DNA from: a virus
IMG/VR virus record: IMGVR_UViG_3300045988_125605
Coordinates: 1-40,618 of that record
Length of the DNA stretch: 40,618 nucleotides
Direction: 5' to 3' (one strand)
Shown: positions 31,235 to 39,392 of the stretch, piece by piece
Position numbering within the stretch: the first letter of the stretch is position 1
Layout: every line of letters begins with the position of its first letter
Made by a program: the position numbers and the translations under genes
Notes under the pieces: generated by a model
What the model was told of the DNA's origin: nothing
The model's input: only the letters and a program-made list of their open reading frames with translations
Databases searched by the model: none

Positions 31235-32437
31235 ATGGCAACAGGAGACCAGACACTCATTAATTTTCCAAGAGAATCTACCATGCAGGAAATTTCCCAG
31301 GCATTGCAGACCATGGCATTTACCCAGTCGGCAGACCTGGAAAAAATTTCTACATGGGCACAGTTTAGCGGACTTTCAAGGAACGGAATCACCCAGAAGA
31401 TATTTGATTTCGGCGATCAGATCCTTGAAAAATGGACTGATACAGCTGCGAACAACAAGGAATACGACTTCCCGTGGCATATCACACACTTTGATACTGC
31501 AGAACTGGAGGATGGAGAGAATATCCAGGGAACCTTCCTGGAAGCTCATTACACCACACCGTTCGGCGTGCAGTTTAGCAACCGTGCCTTTTTACGTTGC
31601 CCGGATGGGCTTGCAGCCGGAACCTACAATGTAACGCTGGGCGCAAAATGGGGCGAGAAAGACGCACAGAAAGGTACAACATGGCAGTTTACACTTACAA
31701 AAGCTGTTCCTGCAGGCGGATCAGTAGCTGGATTTACCCAGATGCCGGATGTGGTGGCATCCAACTGGAAAGCAACCTCATATGCAGCGGATGGCATCAC
31801 TGTAATTGAGACAGTACCTATTACATCAGGATCCGGAGGAACATCCATGGGAACTATGCAGCTGTCGACCAGGAATAGCAACCTCAATTCCATGCAGGAG
31901 GTCGGATATGGATGGAATCGCTGGAAGTACTCAGCGGCTCGCCAGTGGCTTAATTCCGATCAGCCAAAAGGAAAGTGGTGGACAAAACAGGATGACTGGG
32001 ATATAGCACCTAGTCAGTTAGCCACAAAAGATGGATTCCTCTGCGGAATGCCGGCGGATATGGTTGCGGTACTGAAACCAATAAAAGTGATCACGCTTGC
32101 GAATACAGTTAACGACGGCGGAGTGACAGATGTAACATATGATAAGGTTTTTCTTGCATCGTTCGCGGAAATGAACATCAATCTCAATAGAGATGAAGGA
32201 ACTCCGCATGAATACTGGCAGCGAAGAACTAACTCCAAAACTCCGCTGGAACCATGGAAGACATATCCTTGTCTGATCCGGTATTCAGCGGCAAATCATA
32301 CCTCACCTCAGACCGTGTTTACACGCTCGGCCTATCGCGGCAACGCTAATCACGTCTTGAATGTAAGCAGCACGGGTGGAGCCAACAGCACGGGCGCGTG
32401 GTACGCGAATACTTATGCCCCGCTTGTCTTCATTTAA
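31235..32437 (+). CDS. DGR target (variable) protein, Mtd-like receptor-binding candidate
   Basis: The VR occupies the last 43 codons (C-terminus ...QTVFTRSAYRGNANHVLNVSSTGGANSTGAWYANTYAPLVFI). It lies in the tail fibre module. Confidence 0.85.
   Translation: MATGDQTLINFPRESTMQEISQALQTMAFTQSADLEKISTWAQFSGLSRNGITQKIFDFGDQILEKWTDTAANNKEYDFPWHITHFDTAELEDGENIQGTFLEAHYTTPFGVQFSNRAFLRCPDGLAAGTYNVTLGAKWGEKDAQKGTTWQFTLTKAVPAGGSVAGFTQMPDVVASNWKATSYAADGITVIETVPITSGSGGTSMGTMQLSTRNSNLNSMQEVGYGWNRWKYSAARQWLNSDQPKGKWWTKQDDWDIAPSQLATKDGFLCGMPADMVAVLKPIKVITLANTVNDGGVTDVTYDKVFLASFAEMNINLNRDEGTPHEYWQRRTNSKTPLEPWKTYPCLIRYSAANHTSPQTVFTRSAYRGNANHVLNVSSTGGANSTGAWYANTYAPLVFI
32303..32431 (+). repeat. DGR variable repeat (VR)
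   Basis: Aligns base for base with 32931..33059. There are 10 mismatches, all opposite TR adenines. Confidence 0.92.
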
Positions 32438-32452
32438 TCAGAAATCAATAAT

Positions 32453-32474
32453 CCCTGCACCCACGGATGCAGGG
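32453..32474 (+). promoter_or_regulatory. GC-rich hairpin downstream of VR (ccctgca-N8-tgcaggg)
   Basis: 7-bp stem about 22 nt after the VR end. Comparable hairpins flank the VR in characterised DGRs. Confidence 0.45.
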
Positions 32475-32925
32475 ATGGAAAGGAAAGAAAATGGCAGTTA
32501 AAGCAGGCGAAAGAAATGTTCCCGACACGCCACAGAATCGGCAGCTCAATGCCGCATGGTACGCGATGGAACTGGCAGTCTACACACTCGATATCTGCAA
32601 AAATAAAAATACTTTTCTTCCGGAATACCAGACATTTCTCACAGACAAAATTGTTCAAGCGGCACTGGATATTTACATAAATACATGGACTGCGAACAAC
32701 ATCAGAGTCACAGAGGAACGCAAGAAAGAACTATGGAGTTGGAGGAGTAAGCTGCAGTATCAGGCTATACTGGACTGCAACAACCTGCTTGCTTATATCG
32801 GTCTCGCCAGAAGAGTATTCCATCTAAGAGAGAAACGAGTGGAGTACTGGTCAGCCAAAACCATAGAGGCGAGGAATTATATTAAAAAGTGGAGAGAATC
32901 CGATAAACAAAGATATGGGACGTAG
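32467..32925 (+). CDS. avd: DGR accessory variability determinant (Avd-like four-helix-bundle protein)
   Basis: About 145-152 aa, basic, helical. It lies between the VR and the TR. The start may be 32491 (MAVKAGER). Confidence 0.75.
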   Translation: MQGWKGKKMAVKAGERNVPDTPQNRQLNAAWYAMELAVYTLDICKNKNTFLPEYQTFLTDKIVQAALDIYINTWTANNIRVTEERKKELWSWRSKLQYQAILDCNNLLAYIGLARRVFHLREKRVEYWSAKTIEARNYIKKWRESDKQRYGT

Positions 32926-32930
32926 GCTGA

Positions 32931-33059
32931 TCACCTCAGAACGTGTTTACACGCTCGGCCAATCGCGGCAACGCTAATAACGTCTTGAATGTAAACAACA
33001 CGGGTGGAGCCAACAACACGAACGCGTGGAACGCGAATACTTATGCCCCGATTGTCTTC
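32931..33059 (+). repeat. DGR template repeat (TR), non-coding RNA template
   Basis: Contains 13 AAC/AAT codons in the VR frame. ORF-track ORF 32943..33140 is a by-product of this repeat. Confidence 0.92.
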
Positions 33060-33218
33060 CTAAAAGCATTACGGTCTACGTATAGCGTAGATTGCCTTGA
33101 AGACTTAGACAAGGAGCCGAAATCCCTGGCGAAAGCCTAAACAATACTGCGGATAATCGAAAGAGACAGTGCGTGACTCACATGAGCCTGCCAGCACTGA
33201 GAAACTGCGGAACAAAAG

Positions 33219-34337
33219 ATGAAAAAAATAACAGATTTTGACAGTTTGCATGAGTCAATGACGAAATGCAGGAAAGGAGTTTCTTGGAAACCCTCTGTAA
33301 AATCATTTGTCTTAAACAGCGAAGAAAACCTTCTTCGTATGGAGAGACAGCTAAAAGAAGATACCTGGAAGAATGGGACGCCCAAACCGGTTCTGATTAC
33401 ATATCCGAAACGTCGGGAAGCATTGAGCATCCCGTTCAAAGACAGAATATACCAGAGAAGTATCAATGATAACTCTCTGTACCCTCAGATGACCAGAAGC
33501 TTTATTTATGCAAACTGCGCCTGCCAAACTGGAAAAGGCACAGATTTTGCGAGAAAGCTGATTAAAAAATATCTGTGGAATTATTTCTGCAACTACGGCT
33601 CAGATGGATGGATCGTCCAGATTGACATACATGGTTATTATCTCAACATGCGTCACAAGGATGTAGAGCATCAGATCTACCGCAACACAGATCCTGATAC
33701 CACAAGAATGTCATGCGGAGTATTGAGAGATCAGTATGCTGGCGAGAGCGGATACAATCCAGGGTCCCAAATGGTCCAGATTGCCGGTATCGCTCTTCTG
33801 GATCCGGTGGATCATTACGCCAAAGAGCAGCTGCATGTAAAGTATTATATCCGGTATATGGACGACTTCTGGATGCTCTTGCCAACAAAAGAACAGGCAG
33901 AAAAGACATACACCGAAACCGTTGAAAAGATACAGGCATATGGCCTGGAAATCAACGAAAAGAAATCCCATGTCGTCCCACTCAGAAAAGGATTTACGTT
34001 CTTAGGTTTCCGATACCGCATGACAGACACCGGGAAAGTTATCATGACGCTCAATCCAGACAGCGTAAAGCACGAAAGAAAAACTCTGGCCAGAATGGTA
34101 AATAAATCCAAAAGAGGGGAACTACCTCCGGAGAAAGTGGAAGAGCATCATAATGCCTGGCAGAATAATGCGGAAAAAGGAAACTCAAACAAAGTAAGAG
34201 AAAGAACAAGAAAATATCTAAAACAATTGAAAGGAGACGAAAAGAATGAAAGTAAAAAGAATGTCTCAGACACCAGCAGAGACGGCGGAGAACGAAAATC
34301 TCAAAGCAACTGTCGAAAGACAGAATCAGACCATTGA
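33219..34337 (+). CDS. DGR reverse transcriptase
   Basis: RT motifs: YNPGSQMVQIAG (GxxxSQ), YIRYMDDFWML (YMDD), FLGFRY. Confidence 0.9.
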   Translation: MKKITDFDSLHESMTKCRKGVSWKPSVKSFVLNSEENLLRMERQLKEDTWKNGTPKPVLITYPKRREALSIPFKDRIYQRSINDNSLYPQMTRSFIYANCACQTGKGTDFARKLIKKYLWNYFCNYGSDGWIVQIDIHGYYLNMRHKDVEHQIYRNTDPDTTRMSCGVLRDQYAGESGYNPGSQMVQIAGIALLDPVDHYAKEQLHVKYYIRYMDDFWMLLPTKEQAEKTYTETVEKIQAYGLEINEKKSHVVPLRKGFTFLGFRYRMTDTGKVIMTLNPDSVKHERKTLARMVNKSKRGELPPEKVEEHHNAWQNNAEKGNSNKVRERTRKYLKQLKGDEKNESKKNVSDTSRDGGERKSQSNCRKTESDH

Positions 34338-34449
34338 GAATCAGAAAGTAACAATCCAGTATCTGGCAGCAATGACGGATGTCTATATTCCAGAAGAGGA
34401 GGAAGAGGAAAATGTACAGAATTTTGCTGAAAATGAAGAAAATGTATAA
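34246..34449 (+). CDS. Hypothetical coiled-coil acidic protein (67 aa)
   Basis: AAAGGAGA SD. It overlaps the RT 3' end by 92 nt. Confidence 0.45.
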   Translation: MKVKRMSQTPAETAENENLKATVERQNQTIENQKVTIQYLAAMTDVYIPEEEEEENVQNFAENEENV

Positions 34450-34552
34450 CTATGAGGACTGGCTCAAAATGGTGTATCAGGCCAAGGAACGCGGAAAGCT
34501 GACCAAACATGACTACCAGGCTCTTCTCGAGGAGGACACAGAATGTGTATAG
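34412..34552 (+). CDS. Small XkdX-like protein (37-46 aa)
   Basis: GAGGAAGAGGA SD. MYNYEDWLKMVYQAKERGKLTKHDYQALLEE resembles XkdX-family peptides found before lysis genes. Confidence 0.3.
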   Translation: MYRILLKMKKMYNYEDWLKMVYQAKERGKLTKHDYQALLEEDTECV

Positions 34553-34870
34553 CAGCCGGAATCATCTTATATGTAACCGGAGTAATGACCGGTATTGCAT
34601 TGATCTGCATCGTGCAGACGAGGCACTAATGACGCAGCTGCAGATCATCCGGAAGCTCTGGTCCGCCATTTACGACCTTCTACTGTACACCCAGAAAGAT
34701 CCACGCCGAAAATCACTGGATGAAATAGAGACAATTTAGATCTGCTGGAGAGAGCCTGCCGAAAATATGAAAATACTGACGATAACGAGCTTTTTCGATA
34801 AGATTAGAGTTTGCATTTCTTACATCCAGGAGTTAATATATAACTGCAGACAGCGATGATGGACATAAAA

Positions 34871-34904
34871 AACGGAGGGCAGGAGCAAAATCCTGCCCTC
34901 CGTT
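34871..34904 (-). terminator. 13-bp GC-rich hairpin; intrinsic terminator on the minus strand
   Basis: aacggagggcagg-N8-cctgccctccgtt. On the minus strand it is followed by TTTTTTAT. Confidence 0.5.
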
Positions 34905-34938
34905 GCGTCCAGAGGAAAAATATGAAGAAAATCAGAGC

Positions 34939-34962
34939 AGAGCCGTAAGGCTCTTATTTTTA
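34939..34962 (+). terminator. Intrinsic terminator (agagcc-gtaa-ggctct plus T-tract)
   Basis: 6-bp stem, GNRA-type loop, then tatttttat. It separates the DGR/small-ORF region from the lysis genes. Confidence 0.5.
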
Positions 34963-35003
34963 TACCAAAATTGTGCCGGCGCAACCGGAGAAAGAGTGGA
35001 ATA

Positions 35004-35306
35004 GTGAAAGAAATACTTATCCAGACATATACTATTGTGTTACCGGTACTCTTGGGATACATTGTCTGGCTTCTGAAAAATCAGAAAAAAGACAGAGACG
35101 CTAACAGCAAAGGAACGATGCTTCTGCTTCGCGCCCAGCTCATAGAGTACCATGCAAAGTATACAGCACTTGGAACCATCCCGTCATATGCTTACCAAAA
35201 CTACTGTGAGATGTATGCAGCATATCACGAACTAGGCGGGAATGGCATGGTAACAAAAATGAAACAGGAAATCGAAGAGTTGCATATTAAAAGAAAAGGA
35301 GAATAA
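35004..35306 (+). CDS. Membrane protein of the lysis module (about 100 aa), N-terminal TM helix
   Basis: TYTIVLPVLLGYIVWLL. It lies immediately upstream of the holin. The start is uncertain (TTG 34971 or GTG 35004). Confidence 0.5.
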   Translation: MKEILIQTYTIVLPVLLGYIVWLLKNQKKDRDANSKGTMLLLRAQLIEYHAKYTALGTIPSYAYQNYCEMYAAYHELGGNGMVTKMKQEIEELHIKRKGE

Positions 35307-35308
35307 TC

Positions 35309-35602
35309 ATGGAACAGATTGTAAATTATGTAAAACCGGAACTTATTGTGGTAGCCATTGCCCTGTATTTTGTGGGAATGGCACTTAAGCAGGCACAGGC
35401 AGTAAAAGATAAGTACATCCCGCTTATCCTTGGCGGGATCAGCGTTGTGATTTGTGCAATGTATGTATTTGCTACAACTACGCTGGGGACACCACAGGAT
35501 ATTGTGATGGCAATCTTCACAGCTATTGTGCAAGGAATCCTGGTAGCTGGTCTCTCTACATACGTGAACCAGCTGATCAAACAGACACACAAAGACGAGT
35601 AA
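35309..35602 (+). CDS. Holin (three predicted hydrophobic segments)
   Basis: ELIVVAIALYFVGMAL, IPLILGGISVVICAMYVF, IVMAIFTAIVQGILVAGL. It lies directly upstream of the endolysin. Confidence 0.75.
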   Translation: MEQIVNYVKPELIVVAIALYFVGMALKQAQAVKDKYIPLILGGISVVICAMYVFATTTLGTPQDIVMAIFTAIVQGILVAGLSTYVNQLIKQTHKDE

Positions 35603-35650
35603 CTTGGGGATGAGAGATCATCCCCTTTGCCATGAAATAGGAGGCAACAC

Positions 35651-37192
35651 ATGAAAAAAAACAACGTTGAAGTACTGAGAAAAATCTTATACGCGGTAGA
35701 GAGTGGCGGCCAGGTATACGGCCGCCAAAATTATGCTGCATTCATCGGAGCTGGGGCGAACTGCTCTAACGAAAAGGCAATCACAATCGGAGCTGGTCAG
35801 TGGTATGCGGGGGAAGCCAAAAAGCTCTTGCAGAAGATCCAGAGAGCGAATCCGGCGCAGTTCAAAAAGCTGGACACGCAAGGCATCACAACAGATCTGC
35901 TCAAAAAGAATTGGTCTGCATATGCAATCAGTCCGTCTTCGGCTAAAGCGAAGTGCATCGTTACAATCATTAACTCAACTCTTGGCCGGAAATGCCAGGA
36001 TGAGCTGATGGACGAACAGATTACCGAATATACTACCAGTATTGCTAAGACTTATGGATCCATGCCAGATACGGCTATGATGGAGTGCATCAACATTATC
36101 CATCAGGGCGGAAGCTCTGCTCTGAAGAGAATCCTTGCCAAGACCGCGAAACCATACACGGCCAAAAGCATCTATGCAGCCTTAAATACGGATCCGGCTG
36201 ATTCACGTACCAATCAGGTAGGCGATTACGTCACACGCCAGAAAAAAGTGTATGAGTACATTACGAAGTATGCTACAGACACAGCGACCGGAACAGCTGC
36301 ATCTGCAGAGAACAAGAAGGAGGAAAGTGCAGTGTCAACAGTACAGGACAGAATCAACAAGGCTATCAGCTGGATGGAAGAAACAGCAAAGGACGATAGG
36401 CATGGATATTGCCAGGATCATCGTTGGGGCAAAGATGGGGACTATGATTGTTCTTCGGCCGTGATCACAGCATGGGAACAGGCAGGAGTGCCGGTCAAGA
36501 GCAAAGGAGCAACGTATACCGGAAATATGCTGTCTGTATTCAAAGCAAACGGATTCCAGGACGTGACAGCTCTGGTCAACAGATCTACCGGAGCTGGACT
36601 GGCAAGAGGCGACGTACTGCTTAACACCGTACATCATACTGCAATGTATTGCGGCAATGGAAAAGAAGTAGAGGCAAGCATTAACGAAAAAGGCACAGCT
36701 CACGGCGGCAAACCGGGAGATCAGACCGGCAGAGAGTTCCTGATCCGAAGCTACAGAAATTATCCATGGACCAATGTTCTGCGATACACCGGGGGAAACA
36801 GTACACCAGTTACAGTCAAGAATTATCTGGAAATGGGAGATTCAAGGTCAGCGGTAAAAACCATGCAGCTCATGCTGATTGAATGCGGATATTCTTGCGG
36901 ATCATATGGTGCAGACGGCGAGTTTGGATCCGGAACAGATGCCGCTCTAAGAAAATTCCAGAAAGACAACAGTCTTGTCGTAGATGGCCAGTATGGACCG
37001 GTATCAAAAGCCAAACTGACAGCTCTCCATAATACAAAAACTACTTCCGGAAAGAAAACAGTAGACGAACTTGCAAAAGAAGTCATTGCTGGAAAATGGG
37101 GCAATGGAGCTGATCGTAAAAAGAGACTGACTGCAGCTGGTTACGACTACAATGCAGTCCAGAAAAAAGTTAACAAACTGCTTAAAAAATAA
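35651..37192 (+). CDS. Multidomain endolysin: N-terminal muramidase-like region, NlpC/P60-type Cys-His peptidase, PG_binding_1 and CW_7 wall-binding motifs
   Basis: DYDCSSAVITAW...VHHTAMYCG (Cys/His). GADGEFGSGTDAALRKFQKDNSLVVDGQYGP (PG_binding_1). VIAGKWGNGADRKKRLTAAGYDYNAVQKKVNKLL (CW_7). Confidence 0.85.
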   Translation: MKKNNVEVLRKILYAVESGGQVYGRQNYAAFIGAGANCSNEKAITIGAGQWYAGEAKKLLQKIQRANPAQFKKLDTQGITTDLLKKNWSAYAISPSSAKAKCIVTIINSTLGRKCQDELMDEQITEYTTSIAKTYGSMPDTAMMECINIIHQGGSSALKRILAKTAKPYTAKSIYAALNTDPADSRTNQVGDYVTRQKKVYEYITKYATDTATGTAASAENKKEESAVSTVQDRINKAISWMEETAKDDRHGYCQDHRWGKDGDYDCSSAVITAWEQAGVPVKSKGATYTGNMLSVFKANGFQDVTALVNRSTGAGLARGDVLLNTVHHTAMYCGNGKEVEASINEKGTAHGGKPGDQTGREFLIRSYRNYPWTNVLRYTGGNSTPVTVKNYLEMGDSRSAVKTMQLMLIECGYSCGSYGADGEFGSGTDAALRKFQKDNSLVVDGQYGPVSKAKLTALHNTKTTSGKKTVDELAKEVIAGKWGNGADRKKRLTAAGYDYNAVQKKVNKLLKK

Positions 37193-37198
37193 CAAAAA

Positions 37199-37222
37199 CC
37201 TCCCTGGCAATCGCCGGGGAGG
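37199..37222 (-). terminator. Intrinsic terminator for the integrase transcript
   Basis: 10-bp stem cctccctggc/gccggggagg with a tetraloop. On the minus strand it is followed by TTTTTG. Confidence 0.55.
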
Positions 37223-37251
37223 CAAAAATCATTTATTACATTTACTAATTT

Positions 37252-37293
37252 GTATGGTACTGCACTATAGACCGCCGTAATGCAGTACCATAC
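37252..37293. repeat. Perfect 13-bp inverted repeat with 16-bp spacer; candidate attP of the serine integrase
   Basis: GTATGGTACTGCA-ctatagaccgccgtaa-TGCAGTACCATAC, ending 6 nt from the integrase stop codon. No flanking T-tract on either strand. Confidence 0.4.
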
Positions 37294-37299
37294 AAAAAA

Positions 37300-38715
37300 T
37301 CACGGGACGATGATATCAAAGTACATCTTACCGGTTTTTTTATCGTATACGATCTGCTCCACGATCGTCCGGATCAGATTACCTTTTTCTTCATAGCTCA
37401 CATCCGGATCCTTAAGCACATCATTTACGGATCTGATTTCTTCCAGTATCTTTTCTCTGTCGATAGGCAGCTCCTTCACAGACTGCAGGTTCTGGAGTTC
37501 CTGTTCCAGGCGATGCCGGCTGTCAGCCAGACGCATCTTGTTATCCTTATATTCCTCAAGAGTATCAATTCCGTTCTCGTATGCATCCCGGATCCTGTCT
37601 TCCTTGACGGAAAGCCTTGACAGCTCTCTCTGCAGCTGCTCGATAGCTGCAGTGTTATCAATCGTAGACTGACTCTTGCGGACATAGGAGAAGTCAGCTC
37701 CAGCAAGAATCTCATCAAAGTAATTAATTACAGCTTTTTCCGCTTCCTCAATACGGATGGCAGAGCTCCCCTTGTGAAAACCCTTCGTATACTTCCAGCA
37801 TTGGAAGTAAGAATATCCACGACAGCCGTTGCGAGCAAGTGTACCTCCACAGGTGGAACATCTGAGAAGACCAGACAGCCAATGCTTACAGGCAGATACG
37901 CTCCGCGCCTTTGCCGGTCGATGTCTGGCCGCGATCAGCTCCTGACGGTGCTGGAAGCGTTCTTTCGACAGCCTTACTTCATGCGATCCCTCGAACTCAA
38001 TTCCGTTCCATGCAACGGTACCACAATAGAAGGCGTTCTGCAGGATACGCATCACAGTCCGACGCTCAAACGGAGTACCGCGTCTGGTCCGATATCCCAG
38101 ATCGTTACATCTCCTTGCGATTGCAGTCGGATCCAGATTACCATTATCGTACAGATCCATGATAAGTGCGACGATAGCATACTCACCCTCATCGATCACA
38201 AAAGGTTTTCCACCACCGACAGCCCTGTAGCCAAGAGACGGCACAGACTGGTACCCATGTTGCAGAGCTTTTTCCTTCATGCCGCGCAGCACCTCGCCGG
38301 ACAGCCGAATAGAGTAGTATTCATCCATCCATTCTATGATTCTTTCGATCAGACTCCCGAAAGGACCATCTACAAGCGGCTCAGATACGCTGACTACCTC
38401 GACATTATCTTTCTTAAGCATACTCTTATATACGATAGACTCTTCCTGATTCCTGGCGAATCGAGAGAACTTCCAGACCAGGATCACGTCGATCGGATGC
38501 GAAGACTGCTTCGCAAGTGCGATCATCCTCTGAAATTCTGGACGCTTCAAAGCATGCCGCCCGGATACACTTTCCGAAAAAATAAATTCACTGGGCACAA
38601 TAATACCATTCTTTTTGGCATATTCTAGCAGCAGACGTCTCTGAGCATCCGGAGAGAGATCTGTCTGATCATCTGTCGAGACACGCACATAGAGTGCACC
38701 TACACGATTTTCCAT
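37300..38715 (-). CDS. int: Large serine recombinase (phage integrase)
   Basis: N-terminal resolvase motif ALYVRVSTDDQ, recombinase domain, Cys cluster CKHWLSGLLRCSTCGG...FQC, and a C-terminal coiled coil. 471 aa. Confidence 0.92.
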   Translation of the reverse strand: MENRVGALYVRVSTDDQTDLSPDAQRRLLLEYAKKNGIIVPSEFIFSESVSGRHALKRPEFQRMIALAKQSSHPIDVILVWKFSRFARNQEESIVYKSMLKKDNVEVVSVSEPLVDGPFGSLIERIIEWMDEYYSIRLSGEVLRGMKEKALQHGYQSVPSLGYRAVGGGKPFVIDEGEYAIVALIMDLYDNGNLDPTAIARRCNDLGYRTRRGTPFERRTVMRILQNAFYCGTVAWNGIEFEGSHEVRLSKERFQHRQELIAARHRPAKARSVSACKHWLSGLLRCSTCGGTLARNGCRGYSYFQCWKYTKGFHKGSSAIRIEEAEKAVINYFDEILAGADFSYVRKSQSTIDNTAAIEQLQRELSRLSVKEDRIRDAYENGIDTLEEYKDNKMRLADSRHRLEQELQNLQSVKELPIDREKILEEIRSVNDVLKDPDVSYEEKGNLIRTIVEQIVYDKKTGKMYFDIIVP

Positions 38716-38890
38716 GATATCACCTCGTCTAAATTATGTAAAAATGGGTACAAAAATAACAGCCAGCTGGAAAAATATCTCATTCCGCTTGCGTGGCTGC
38801 TCCGAAGATGATACAATATGCGTGGTTGAAAGCTGTAGCATCTCCGGAGATGTTATAGTAAAGTCCTGGCTGGCATCCGGTCAGGGTGCA

Positions 38891-38926
38891 ATCGGTTCGG
38901 TGTTGGTAGCACTGAGCCGATTTTTT
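38891..38926 (+). terminator. Orphan plus-strand terminator-like hairpin plus T6 in the integrase upstream region
   Basis: atcggttc-N15-gagccgat followed by TTTTTT. There is no plus-strand CDS upstream. Confidence 0.35.
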
Positions 38927-38940
38927 ATTTAAAAAGTAAA

Positions 38941-38972
38941 AGACACCCGAGCAATTACTTGCACGAGTGTCT
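38941..38972 (-). terminator. Terminator for the minus-strand accessory cassette
   Basis: 14-bp stem (12 paired) agacacccgagcaa/ttgcacgagtgtct, loop ttac. A T-rich tract follows on the minus strand. Confidence 0.5.
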
Positions 38973-39076
38973 TTCAACCATAATCAATATAGTTCTCTCT
39001 GTACAAGTATATCATAGCGATGAAAATCTTAAAAGCCGTTTCTGGTGGTAACAGGATGTTTTTGTTTCGGCAAATA

Positions 39077-39361
39077 TTAAATATCTTTTTTGCTATCTGC
39101 TAACGGATCCAGTGTTATACCAATAAAAGTCTTACATTGAGGACAAGTTCTTTGATATAAAAAATCTGGAAATTTCGGATATTTTTTACTCCAACCGTAA
39201 AGAGAATAAATTTTCTGATTGTATTTTGAACATAGAGAACAGTTTCTGCTTGTTGAAACAAAGACTGTGTCAATTCTCCATTTCTTTATATCAGGAAGAA
39301 TACGCTGCAAAGAAACGTTTTCAATCTGAGATTTTGAATTGAAAATATTAAACAAATTCAT
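39077..39361 (-). CDS. Small zinc-ribbon protein (94 aa), second gene of the accessory cassette
   Basis: CSLC...CPQC pairs. It starts 31 nt downstream of the nuclease gene on the same strand. AT-rich. Confidence 0.6.
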   Translation of the reverse strand: MNLFNIFNSKSQIENVSLQRILPDIKKWRIDTVFVSTSRNCSLCSKYNQKIYSLYGWSKKYPKFPDFLYQRTCPQCKTFIGITLDPLADSKKDI

Positions 39362-39392
39362 AAAGAGCCTCCTTTCAATACTAGAATACAGC

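Larger units (their letters stand above)
31235..34337 (+). mobile_element. Diversity-generating retroelement (target-VR, avd, TR, RT)
   Basis: 129-bp VR/TR pair differing only at TR adenines, plus an Avd-like gene and a YMDD reverse transcriptase, in the canonical BPP-1-like order. Confidence 0.92.

Noticed and set aside
32943-33140. ORF-track CDS of 65 aa (MFTRSANRGNANNVLNVNNTGGANN...)
   Set aside because: It is the DGR template repeat read in the VR frame. TR is a non-coding RNA template, and there is no SD or start context.
34820-35062. 80-aa minus-strand ORF
   Set aside because: It spans two terminator hairpins and the 5' end of the lysis-module membrane protein gene. It has no SD.
37774-38628. 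284-aa plus-strand ORF
   Set aside because: It is antisense to the serine integrase, which has an unambiguous catalytic N-terminus and zinc-ribbon motifs.
38714-38977. ORF-track CDSs 38714..38932 (+) and 38780..38977 (-)
   Set aside because: Both traverse terminator-type hairpins in the integrase upstream region, lack an SD and have odd composition. The region is treated as non-coding.
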